From Fimicolochytrium jonesii (Eukaryota), in assembly GCF_025526975.1 (NCBI RefSeq), contig NW_026515697.1:124001-188000 (forward strand): a stretch of 64,000 bases of DNA, in the 5' to 3' direction. The notes under the pieces are model-generated. The model ran no database searches and was not told the origin of the DNA. It saw nothing but the letters and a program-made list of their open reading frames with translations. The position numbers and the translations under genes are program-made. Positions 12,185 through 26,921 of this stretch are shown piece by piece. Position 1 is the stretch's first letter, and each line of letters begins with the position of its first letter.

Positions 12185-14388
12185 TCAAAACAGCCAGTCC
12201 CGAATGGTATCACCCTCAACCCCGGGTCGCGCCGCTAGCATATCTTGCTCAACAGCTTTGAGGGCCTCGCAGCGGATCTGCATAATCAGCCCGTATGAGT
12301 ATCCGAATTCGATGAGTCCGACTCGGTTGCAACAATTCGCCCTCCATAAACTGACCTTAAGGAACCAGCCCAACGCCAGCTGTAACTTCGCTTGGTGATG
12401 GTGGTCTTTAGACATGGGGACCATGAACGACATCAACTCTGTCACGGCAACCTCTTGTGGGGCTGCGCCAGCATTGCGAAATCAATTGGCTGACATTTTT
12501 CCGACAATGCACCGAGCACACTACCTTGGAGGTGGTATCCTAAGACGGTCAAGGTCCCGCCAATTGCCTGAATAGTCAGGACTTGCATCAACTTTGCTTG
12601 GCTGCCCGGGATCCTGGCATGTCTCATCAGTCGGCCTTTCAAAAGCAATTTTGCTTGGACATCGAGTTTCTCTGCGTCCTCCAGCGGGTGTAACGTGTGC
12701 TGGAGAGTGAGCTGCGACCCGGAGATTTCGACCAGCACAAAATCACCGATGGTTCCTCGAGCTCGGACGAGTACATCAAAGTTGGCGCCGCCCTTCTCGC
12801 CATCCAGCCATCTTTCCTTGCCGTGCGAGACATACGTCACTTTGCCTGTCTGGCTGTCAACTTCCCTTTGCTGGGGTTGGAATGCTGCCTGCTGTACGGT
12901 GACGGACGATCTTTCCAACCTAAAGCCGGAATGCCAGTGAGTATGTCGTCATATTCTGTGATCAAACAAACACCGCCGTTACCAAATGGTCTCTGCCACA
13001 CCGAAGATGCGTTCAAGAGCGAAGAAAGTATATGAGATTGATTCAACCACGAACTTCCTCTCGGCATTCTGGAAACTGACATCCCCGAGGGCTGTCAGAT
13101 GATAACTTCGAATCTGGATCAGCATTTGTTGCTGAATAAATCGCTCCGTGCAACTTAGCTGAGCGTAACATACATGTGGACATAGTGTTCGAGCACATAT
13201 TGCGCGAAAGCCCCATGCTCGCTATCGCGCGGCCAGTTGGAGCTTCGTATGTTTACTGTCAACGCCTCTGCAACCTGGATACTGAGCGGTGGGAAATCAC
13301 CTTTCCGATGCGCCACCGCCACCTTCAAACCACTGTGAGCAGAAACGCCCCAATGCTGACACCAGCTCAACACCAGCGCCAATCACAAAACAGCACTGAT
13401 CCTTTCACAAACCTTTCTGATGTCCTCGACGAGCTTATGCATGGGAAGCGTCCATCCTTCGCACAGATGGTCGAGGTCATTGGCAAACTGACAAAGTTCC
13501 CGTGGTACTACTGGCTTGCAGGGTGTGACATACGAAGTTGAGGCACGGCGGCCTTTGAAGGGAGTAGAACTGGAGACGGGGTCCTCCGCCGTCGGCCCAG
13601 CGTCATCCGCATCGATATCGTCATCTGTCTTCACTAAGTAAGCCAAAAAATCATAATTTCGGACCAAAATGGAATGAAAAGCTCTGCTGTACCTCTTCAG
13701 AAGAGTGTGGAACGTCGGCTTCAGGGATTGCCATGTCCCTCACTTCGTTGGAGGCCTCTCGCGTTGCCAGAACCGACAGCTTCGCCCGCTTCGCCTTGAT
13801 TCCCGCCCGCTCGTATGATTTTTCGACTCTTGCAGACGCGACGATGAGGCGGAAAGGCTCCCCAGCAATGTGCTCTTGGAAAATCTTTTGACCCTTATTG
13901 GACTTTTTTCCAACACAAAGAGACAACGGGCAAACGATTGATTGAGAGGAAGGAGGCGAACGGCATGGCATGTCCATGAGGATCCGGCAGCCACATGAGG
14001 AACAGAACACATAATACTGGACGTTGAGCAAATACCTTCATCGTCTGCCTTAATTTTTCAATGTCGGACAGGTACCCCTTCCCAGTACATCCGCCCCGTA
14101 GGATGGACAGCTCGCTCAATATGTCTCGCCTCAGGTTGGCCTCGTCATCCCACCAATCTGTCTGGGGTGAGTGTTCGCCGATGTGGTCTACGAGATTATT
14201 GATGCTCCACTTCGTATTCTTGGTCCAATATTCTGCGAGACGACACGTTCGGATAGATCATCAAAACAGTCAAAAGTTCGGAAGGGTGTCGTACCTGGGT
14301 ATTGCAGCCTGCTCACGCAGTCCGCCGAGAGACATTTGACGGTCTGAGCGAGTTTTTGGTCCGTACTGGATTTTCTCTTATGACCCAT
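12185..14388 (-). CDS. Multi-exon hypothetical protein with C-terminal PD-(D/E)xK restriction-endonuclease-like domain (possibly degenerate)
   Basis: ORF fragments 14188-14388, 13895-14119, 13651-14031, 13383-13667, 13155-13382, 12442-12918 and 12185-12445 can be joined by GT..AG introns, several with AAG acceptors. C-terminal motifs: NAERKFVVE...W|LE...NFDVLV...FVLVEISG...EDAEKL...VLTIQAIG. Confidence 0.5.
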
Positions 14389-14768
14389 GTTGCAAGCTTA
14401 CTTTTCGGGCACAGCTCGTCCACCAGCCACTATGGTGCCTCGATAGAAGGTATATGTATGTAGATGATCTAGGGCTGGTCTGGACGAAGAGCGTACGCGT
14501 AGTGGCAACTTCCGGACATTCGGACATGCAACACTGAATTGAATGCGGATAGTCACGTGACCTCCCGCGATTTGTATACGCCATATGGCTCGTCTCGCTC
14601 CGGCGTGCTGTTGGCGTTGGGGCATCCGGACCGACACCGCTGGCAGATGGACCCCCGACACCGTCCCGCTACTTTCCCACTACTTTCCAAAGCAACATCG
14701 TGCCGCGGATCTCAACGACAGGTAAGATCATCCATCGTGTACGGCTCATGTGGGTCTTTTTACCGTAC

Positions 14769-15037
14769 CCTCGCGCCGCCCAGGAGGGACGCGAAATCGT
14801 AAAAGACTGGGGGTTCTGGCCGGCCAGTAGGAGCGTCAGAACCTCTACGAGGGAAGGAACGCAAGCATCATATGAACATATGTTGCGTCTCTGGCCTCGG
14901 AGACCTGCGGAGCCGGTCGCCCCATCCTCGGGGCGACCGACTCTATACCTCGCGCCGCCCAGTAGGGACGCGAAATGGTGAAACATTTTTGGACCTGGCC
15001 GGGCTTTATGCAACGCCAGGACCTCTACGAGGGAAAG
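14769..15037 (+). repeat. Degenerate direct repeat, period about 179 bp
   Basis: CCTCGCGCCGCCCAG(G/T)AGGGACGCGAAAT...CTGGCCGG...ACCTCTACGAGGGAA at ~14769-14856 and ~14948-15036; partial third motif AGAACCTCGAGGGAGG at ~15112. Confidence 0.7.
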
Positions 15038-15888
15038 GTCAGGCCGTACCAGTCTAATGGACGTGGGCCTCTCACACAAATCGGGGATCTAGCCGGGCTT
15101 CGGGCAGCGCTAGAACCTCGAGGGAGGTCGGATCGTACAATAGAAACCGGACGTGGACCGCTTGCATCTCCGATGGGGATCCGATCTCATGAGAGTCGTT
15201 CGAACGGGGTCCCTCTCTCGTATTTCTTTCTTGATGTGTGCTGATCATATTTTCTGTGGTTCTCCCGTACTTTCCTTCCTGCAATATGGAGCTACACACC
15301 ACTTATGACGCGATTATCGGAACGCGTCGCAAATGCGCTCACCGAGTACTTTGAGAGGGTGCGGCATGCACGCCGAAAAACCATTGGGGAATCCGGAGTT
15401 CAGACGCATCTCGAAACCGGTATGTGCCTTGACGTCTTTGATTGTCGGGTGCCGTAGAACACCCAAATCTCTTCGAATCAAACTGACTAAGCACATCATC
15501 CCGTAAGGTCCACTCTATACGCTGACGCAAGACCACCCGCCAAGAGCAATCTGACCTGCTTCCTTTCTCTGACCCAGCGAAAAGCTCCATGCCCGCCGTT
15601 CCACATGCTCGGGCTCTCAAGTTTTTGCTAGTAGCTGGCCGGGCGAGGCTGGCTTGATTTGCGGATTGATCAATATACCGCGTCTTTTGTATATCCATTT
15701 TCCTAACCCTCCTGTGCACGCCTTTCATCTATTATATAGACCTACTGCACCACGCAGCGGGTGAGCCCCCAACAAACGCGTGCAAGGCCAAGAAGGCCTT
15801 CACATTTCACCCCGCCATCTATCAATGGATGATGTCTACGTCCAAAAACGTACAAACTCTATTTACGTCCAAAATACTGTCTATAACA

Positions 15889-18800
15889 TCAAATCGCATC
15901 CCCGGCCAACCCCCCCACAACCCCTCTTAACCCCCCACACATCCCCCTCCACCCCCCCTCCTCACACATCCCAACCCACCTACTCTGTGCACCCCTCCAC
16001 CCCCTCGCCCACCGCCTCACCTCCAAGCTCAACACCCCATCCTCGGTGGAAATCGCATTTATTGCCGCGCTGTGGAGATGTTGCATGCAGAGCTCGATGA
16101 GAGGGGCCATGAGGAATTTGTCGGCGGTTGTCAAAAGGCGGAGGACGCGGAGGAGGGTGGGGTGGGTGTATGGGAGTGGCGGAGGTGGGGTATCCGAACC
16201 GGTGGGGGTATTCGAACCGGTGTTGTCCTTCCCAGCCAGAGTGAAATACCCCACCATCATCCGCCACGTCCCGGCCTCCACATCCTCGATGTGCACCACA
16301 TCCTGCCGTGACTCCCTATACCCGCCGTACAGCATATCACTCAGCACCTGCGATGCGGCCGCGGCCGCGGCGCGCGGGAAGGGGATGGTTGTGTTGTCGG
16401 TTGTCAAATGCGCCAGGACCGTGTCGCCATCATCCGTGGATATCTCACACCCCTCGGTTTGGGTTGAGGCGAAGTGGTAAATCTGAGCAAGCAGGGATGT
16501 ATCGCAGGGGGGTATATCCGCCCCCACGAGATCCGGCGGCAAGGCATCCTCGGGCCGTAAGTCGGATGTAAAAGCGAGGTATCGCAGGGCGGCACATGCG
16601 CGGTCGTGTCGGCCGGCCGCATACTCCTCGTCCATACCCTCATCCGCGTCCTCAGGCACATCGTCAGTGAACGAGAACCGTAGCGCGAGGGAGAAGAGCC
16701 AATCCAGTGCTGTCTTTGCGGTCGCGTGGTGTGTCGCTGTGATGTGGGTCGCTGATATCGTCGGCGGCAGGACAGCGGCGCTTAAGAGCTCCCCGCCCCA
16801 ACAATACGCCAACGCCAGTGCAATCTTCTCCCTCACCACCCGCGACGCACACAACGCCTCCGCCGAGACATGTCTTGCATTCGCGTTATTGGAATGGTAT
16901 TCGAACAACCTGCACAGCATCCTTGCGCTCTCCCACCTATCCTTTGCCAATAACCCCGCAAACGTGTTCATAAATCCCCGCCCGCTACCATCCACCATCC
17001 GCTCTTTCCCCAACAGGGTCTCAAACACCGCCGAAAAGCCCATGTTCTCCACCATGGTGTTCAAAAGTTCGGGGGAGGAGATCAATCGGCCGAGGACGCG
17101 GGTGAGGATTTTGGAGACGGGGGAGACTGCTTCGGCGGGGTTTAGGGAGTGTGTTAGGGTTGAGAGGGTGGTGGGGGAAAGGAGTTGGGGGAGGGCTTTG
17201 CCGGCAGTGATGAGGGCGTCGAGGAGGCTGGCGGCTGCGAGGCGGGTTTGGGCGGTGGTGGTGGGCGGGTTATCTTTTTCGCGATTATTGTCTGATCCCT
17301 GCGGTGTCTCTTTCGCGTCGCCATCGTCCGACGAGACCTCCAATTGCATCTCTTCCCCACACTCCCCATTCCCCCCAGTGATCAACCCAATAAGCACCGG
17401 AAAAGCACTAACAACCCTGCCACCCCCCACCCTCCACTCCCGCGGCACAACGCTTTCCATCTCCCCAAGCACATCCATCGGACACCCACACAGCGTCTCC
17501 GCCACCGAGGTATCATGGCTATAGTTCCCGTACAGGAAGGTCATGGCGCGTTGCATCAGGTTGGCTCTGTACTCTGCATCGTGGGGTGTCGATGCGGGTG
17601 GCAGGGCGGCGCCGAGGATGAAGAAAGCGATGCAGAAATGGACGACTGTGAATGGCGAGATCTGTGTGGACGGCCTATGTGTACTTTGATCAGACACGTC
17701 CGAGTCAGTGTCCTCACTATCCTCATTCCAGAACCTTCCATCACGCATCCTAAACCGGACCCCGGAGTTCTCTGCGGCGCGCTGCAGGGTCGTGAACAGC
17801 AACGCGGTGATGGGCGGGGCGGGGTGGAGGAGGAGCGGGGCGACGAAGGATGTGTTGATGAGGTCTGCGAGGATGTTGTCGGCGACTAGACGGAGGCGGC
17901 AGCGTTTGTCGGTCATGAGGACGGAGATGAGGCGGAGGGCGCGGTGGCCTAGGGTTGGCGATGGGTGGGGAACCATTGTGGAGGGGGTTTCGGCGGAAGT
18001 CGTTTGAAGGGGATGTGTGGCAGCGTCGGCAATGGATTCCCGCATAAGCTTCCCGATTGAGCGATGGAATACGCTTATGATCGGCTGTTCGCATTGCATG
18101 TACACGTCGGCGCCGCGTGAGCCGCTACCCAGTAGATACGTCAGCGATTTGAGGATCTTGCCCTTCGCGTTGTCGAGTTTCGCCGCGTCATACTTTGCGG
18201 CATATGCGGGGGAATCTATGAACCGCCAGAGGTTGACGAGGGCCAACGGGGCATTTGATGCGACGGCGGCGTCCAACGCGCCGGGCATCGGTAACGTGCA
18301 TAGCAGCAAGTCCAGACCGGACAGGGCTACGATCAAAGCTGGGCCGACGCCTGCTTCTGATAGCATGCTGAGGTAGATTGCACACGCCTGGGCGGTGTGT
18401 GGGGCGAGCGACGTGAACTCTGAGGAACGCGATTTTGTTGTCATGCGGCATACCATAAGCAGTGTCTCGTTGGCTGCTCGCATCATCTCGATCTCTGCGG
18501 GTGTGGCTGAGACGATATTTTTCGCTGTGGCAAACTCTTTCAGGATGGTGGCGAGGGCGATGCATTCGTGGACGTCCAGTGCGGCGGTGCTGAGTACAGC
18601 GGGTTTGCAGAGTATGTAAAGGGCTGGTATGCAGTGCGTGAGAAGCTTGACCGAGTAACCAGTAGTATCCACGTGGTATTCGATATGGCCATCCGTGATG
18701 GTGGATGAGACCTGCACCGTTGCAAGCCGCGCGAGGGCCTCTATCGCTTGCGCTTTCATCTCGATGTTGTTAAGAGGGCTGGGGAGTCTCTGTCGTGTCA

Positions 18801-19560
18801 GTGCGTGCATGATGATTGCAGCGAAGAGCCGTATGTCCCTGATGATGTCCGCATGTGCCGGGACTCGCGACGATGGACGGTTGTTTGACCCAATATCGAG
18901 AGACAAGCAGTATATCACATGGGACATATGATCTGCCGACAGCATGTCATTCACAGTTGACGAGTCTTTCTGAGCGAGAGCAACGAACGTCCTGAGCGCT
19001 TGAAATCGCGTAGTGATTGTTCGCGAGCAGACTCCGTTGAGAACCTCCTTGATCAATGTTCTATGCCGCTCTGACGACTTGGAGATGATATCCAAGACAT
19101 CTGGCGGGGAAAACGCGGGATTGCGTATCTTTACAGTCGGAGAAGGCTTGACGAGGTTGGCAAATATGCGAAATACGTTTTCTCGTGTCCGACCTTTGGA
19201 TGATGCGATAACGAGGAGGAGGTTGTCGAGAGCGTCCTCAATCTGCGAGCGATTATCCAACTCCTCGTTTGAGCCCTTTTCGACCCTCACAGAGGCAAGT
19301 GCCCGCATGAGCTCCAGCAGGTCTTCCAACGCATTCGTATCCAAGTTTGTTCGTGGTGTCGTTGGCTGCTGTAACCTGTGCAGTAGGTCTCGGACGTGGG
19401 ACCATCGTGAACTCGTTGCGTTGGGGAACGTCGAACTTTGCCCATAAGGTGTGTCACTGGGAGGGCTGTACGGCTCAAGGGCCGTCGAGTGAATGATAGG
19501 GAAGTTTTCGGGCGACGACTCTACATCTAACCGTCTCCTCTTTGCGGGTGGCACTGACAT
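15889..19560 (-). CDS. Large alpha-helical (ARM-like) protein with C-terminal BTB/POZ domain, ARMC5-like architecture; intronless, 1223 aa
   Basis: Single long ORF with N-terminal NLS PPAKRRRL and Leu/Ala-rich helical repeats; BTB signature VLSDMLYGGYRESRQDVVHIEDV...LLTTADKFLMAPLIELC. Confidence 0.75.
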   Translation of the reverse strand: MSVPPAKRRRLDVESSPENFPIIHSTALEPYSPPSDTPYGQSSTFPNATSSRWSHVRDLLHRLQQPTTPRTNLDTNALEDLLELMRALASVRVEKGSNEELDNRSQIEDALDNLLLVIASSKGRTRENVFRIFANLVKPSPTVKIRNPAFSPPDVLDIISKSSERHRTLIKEVLNGVCSRTITTRFQALRTFVALAQKDSSTVNDMLSADHMSHVIYCLSLDIGSNNRPSSRVPAHADIIRDIRLFAAIIMHALTRQRLPSPLNNIEMKAQAIEALARLATVQVSSTITDGHIEYHVDTTGYSVKLLTHCIPALYILCKPAVLSTAALDVHECIALATILKEFATAKNIVSATPAEIEMMRAANETLLMVCRMTTKSRSSEFTSLAPHTAQACAIYLSMLSEAGVGPALIVALSGLDLLLCTLPMPGALDAAVASNAPLALVNLWRFIDSPAYAAKYDAAKLDNAKGKILKSLTYLLGSGSRGADVYMQCEQPIISVFHRSIGKLMRESIADAATHPLQTTSAETPSTMVPHPSPTLGHRALRLISVLMTDKRCRLRLVADNILADLINTSFVAPLLLHPAPPITALLFTTLQRAAENSGVRFRMRDGRFWNEDSEDTDSDVSDQSTHRPSTQISPFTVVHFCIAFFILGAALPPASTPHDAEYRANLMQRAMTFLYGNYSHDTSVAETLCGCPMDVLGEMESVVPREWRVGGGRVVSAFPVLIGLITGGNGECGEEMQLEVSSDDGDAKETPQGSDNNREKDNPPTTTAQTRLAAASLLDALITAGKALPQLLSPTTLSTLTHSLNPAEAVSPVSKILTRVLGRLISSPELLNTMVENMGFSAVFETLLGKERMVDGSGRGFMNTFAGLLAKDRWESARMLCRLFEYHSNNANARHVSAEALCASRVVREKIALALAYCWGGELLSAAVLPPTISATHITATHHATAKTALDWLFSLALRFSFTDDVPEDADEGMDEEYAAGRHDRACAALRYLAFTSDLRPEDALPPDLVGADIPPCDTSLLAQIYHFASTQTEGCEISTDDGDTVLAHLTTDNTTIPFPRAAAAAASQVLSDMLYGGYRESRQDVVHIEDVEAGTWRMMVGYFTLAGKDNTGSNTPTGSDTPPPPLPYTHPTLLRVLRLLTTADKFLMAPLIELCMQHLHSAAINAISTEDGVLSLEVRRWARGWRGAQSRWVGMCEEGGWRGMCGGLRGVVGGLAGDAI

Positions 19561-20111
19561 CTCGGCATACTATTCCCTTTGACAATGCTGCTTGTGATTC
19601 TATGGTTCTCCGTTGAAGATGACAGTCGCATAACTCCTTTTCCGCTGCCCACTGCTGAGGAAGACTATGAGTGCCGAGAAGTGTTCCAAGGTCAACGTCC
19701 TACTTGCGGAGGACTTGAGGACAGCAACAAGGGATATTGCTCCACTGTGAAACCAAAAAGGTGGGGCGATGCCTTTGCCTTCTCTTGGTGGTCGTCGGCT
19801 CATGCTCCTCCCATGTCGAATCGCAGGGGTTAGGGTTGCGAGTGCGGGCGGTGACGGAGCGACGCAAACGGACAGCGGCCACGGCGTGGCTCGTTCTTCC
19901 CTTCGCCGTCGACATCTCAACTGCCCACCCAACGACATAGCCGACGGGGCGGACCTTGCACAGACAACTCCCGCTCGCTTAGCGCATACAGTGCTTAGAG
20001 TCGCTTCTGCACGCCTCCTCTACGTCGACTTACGAGTGGATACACGGTCACTTTGTCTCGCACGATTGCCTTCACTCTCTCGTCGGAACTCAGCATCACC
20101 TTCACGCAACG

Positions 20112-23636
<3,525 letters not shown>

Positions 23637-24120
23637 GGTGGGGATGAAAGACGGGGGAGCGGGAAATGGGGGTGACATCCCCTTGTCCAAGCTGTGCTTG
23701 AAAGCTTTCTGTGCTGTACTTCTGGCTGTATGGTATAAAAATCGAGTTCTTTTGCACTACAGAATCGAAATACTTGTGGGTGCCGTGCGCCCCTCTGTGT
23801 ATCAAGCTTGCGCCTTTGGGGTGGCCACTTTGGGTTCTTCCTCAGAGATGGGTTCTTCCTGAGCCCCAGAATAAACCATCCGTCCGAGACTTCCAAGTTG
23901 GCATCTTCGAAGATCTTCGGACTGCGCCGTCAAATTGGCAGATGTCACCTCCCGGGATGATAGAAATCCGATATATTTTTGCAAACAAATACACACACAT
24001 GAAACCGGCACAGAGTAAAGACAAAGTAAGGTAGGGACAACTCATGGACTTACGCCGGACTCCTCTCCCATGGGAACAAAATCTCGAACAGTTTCCCGTC
24101 CAGCACAAAATCCCAGTCCC

Positions 24121-25076
24121 CTATACACCGCACCAGCGGGAATTTGCTGATGTGTAAGAAAGTCCCGGAGTCGTTGTCTCATGCCCAGAATGGCTCGGAT
24201 AGGAACTGGAAACACCAAGGGATGGACAGAATAGAAAGTGCGCGGCGTCGAGGTAAAGACCGCCGACTTCCTGTGGGGTAGGGAGGAGGAAGTCAGATGG
24301 GCCACCCATGGATGGCCTCCATGCGAAACGGGAGTGACACGCTTTACCTGCATGTCGAAGTGAGCGATCCCAAGCTCCCCGCCGAAGAGCGCCGTCTCAA
24401 ACTCGCGACCCGCATCGCGCACGGCGGACATGACCGACTCCGAGACGCCCACTCTGTCACCCATAGACCGCAACGTCAGTAGACCTGCAAATCTCCTTTA
24501 ACAGCGCACTGGCGAAGAGGATGGCGAGCCACATTTTGCGCGTCCCGTGCAGGCCCGTAGAAGTTGGGCTCGATGAAGACGCAGTGGCGGATGATGTCGG
24601 TTTGCATGAGGCTTCCTTTGGCGCCGTCGCTGGAAATGCGGAGTTCCGGCCAGTCCGCCGCGGTGAAGAGGCTGCCAGCAACCGTTGTGTCCAGCGGCAG
24701 CTGAGGACGATGCGAGCACGTCAGTTGGGAATGCGTGCACTCCGCCCAAAATTCTCCGGTTTCCTCATACCTCAGGGAAACACAAATCCCGGTATTTCTT
24801 CAAGACAGCATCTGTCCCCAGCGCACGACTAAGTATCGCCATCCCAACCGTAATCACCTCACTGATGCCGTAACCCGTCCCCGACGGCCATGCTTGTTTC
24901 TCCGCCGGCCAGATATTGGCAAGTGAGATTGTAGTGGAGGAAGAGAGTGTCTGAATATTATATATGTGATTAGTACATGTAAACTGCTAGTAAGAGAAGG
25001 CGGTGATGTGTGTGTAGGTAACCCTTACGGTTCCGGGAGGCAGGCTGCTGGGCTGAGCCACCGCAGGCAGGGTCAT
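24121..25076 (-). pseudogene. Probable decayed multi-exon gene of unknown function
   Basis: ATG 25076 and canonical splice junctions join MTLPAVAQ...|TLSSS...CFPE|LPLDTTVAG..., but the frame breaks near 24480-24530 before DAGREFETALFGGELG...|EVGGLYL. Confidence 0.35.
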
Positions 25077-26725
25077 GAGAGCCGAAGCGTTCTGCCACGC
25101 TCTCTTCTGGCACCACGAGGGAAGAAAGGAAACACGGTGAGGTGGGGGAAGACAGCGGGGCTTTTCGTAATGCACCACGACGAACATACCCCCCTGAACT
25201 GGTTCCGTCCACCTATCCGTTTTCTCTTCAAAGCGATTTGCGGTGAGTCGCATTTCATGTTTTCTTAGTGATGTCTGGTGTGGATGTTCTGGATGGGTAG
25301 GGAGATTTCAGTGAAGTCTCATGTTTCCCACAAATGCCCCCGGGTTGGTGGACTCGGCATAGATTATATATACGTATTGCAAAAGAAAAACCAACGACAT
25401 GCCCAGTGTGTCAATTCTCTCCCGGGGAAAGAAAGGGTGGGGAAGCGCCTACTAAGAATAAACAAAAAATCGCGTCCACATTTCGCTAAAACGCACCATC
25501 TCCGCGTCGTTCATCTTCCGTGCCATGGGACAACTTCTAACATATATATACAGAAGCCAGGTGGATAGGAATAGCTCCGCGTGAACAAAACGAAGGATGC
25601 GACCTTCAACAGGATGTGGCGGGAACAACCAGCGCAGGTAACGGGGGAAAAGCCGACATGACTAGTGGGCACATAACACAATATTTATCATCGGCTCTAA
25701 TAACGGGGTCACATCCCCTCTTCTTCGGTGATTGGAAAGAAAGGGTTGGACGTTTGACGGGCGAGAATGACGGTGTACGTCAGCTGCCGCGGGAAAGTTT
25801 TACGCACAAGAAGCACCGGATATCAACAAGGTCTCGAATGTCATATATGTACACAAAATCCAGATGAAAGGAACATATATATGTACAGGGACGGTCAAAT
25901 GAACGCCGTGTGCACAAGCTTTGGACTGGAAGCCTTCTTGTCTGGCATTGTAGATATGTACACCCGGTATGGAGGTAGGAAGTGTGGGGGCAACGTCGGT
26001 TTGACGGGAGGCGGGGTGAAAGGAATGACGGGCTTACGTCAGCGAATGACACATGCACTGTCGAACTTTGCCAACACATTCGACAGCTTACAAGCCCGTC
26101 CAGGAAGAGAACTGGCCACACAATACGCAGCAGTTGAAAATTCATCATGGATTCGTTATTCCACATCCATTCACTTTAGTTCATTGAGAGCAGGGAGGCA
26201 ACCACCGTTGGGAAATTTGAAGATAGATGATAGTCCAGACCCTCCGCCCGGCAATCCGAGTGACGATCCCGGCTTCTGATATCTTTCTCAAACCGAGCAA
26301 GAAATCATCAGCGCTCCCGACTTTCTGAAAGAGATATTAGCTAGCTTTAGTGATTTGACTCGATTTGTCGAATCATTCCATCAGCCCCCGAAGGGTTTCG
26401 ACCAGCCTCGCGCATACTGACCAACGTCGTCTCTTCACCGGCTCTCATGTACATACCAGCGCCCTTCCTTCCTTCCTTTCGCATCCAGCAAGACGGACGA
26501 GTTACACCGGGTAAGAAAGAGAAATCAATGACCACCTCGCTAATTCATACAGTACATCACCGGCGGTATGCAGTTCGCATCGCAGTTTCATCTCCGATGG
26601 CTGCACTTTTTCCCTCTTTGGCATTACATTCGATGTTTCTCTTCCAAGAAGGGAGAGATGGAACCCGTGGATGAAGTACTCTTGATGAGTCTCCTGGTGT
26701 GAATGTAAAGGATAAGTTCTGGGCA

Positions 26726-26745
26726 GGGGGGGGGGGGGGGGGGGG
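26726..26745 (+). repeat. poly-G20 tract
   Basis: 20 consecutive G, about 180 bp upstream of the APE4 ATG. Confidence 0.9.
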
Positions 26746-26921
26746 CGGTTGGAAAGTGCGCCCTGGAAAGCGCGTTGACGGTTGCGGTCGTTGTGCCGCA
26801 CGTGAGCGGCGTCTCCGAGGGCTTCGAGCGAAGTGGTCAACCCCTCGCTAATTCCCACTCCAGCATCGGCAACAGGAAACCACCCACACGCACCTGGCAC
26901 TTATCAGTCACTCGCACAGCT

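Noticed and set aside
11400..15850. Search for TIR/TSD or Helitron ends around the REase-like island
   Set aside because: No convincing inverted termini or target duplication found by eye.
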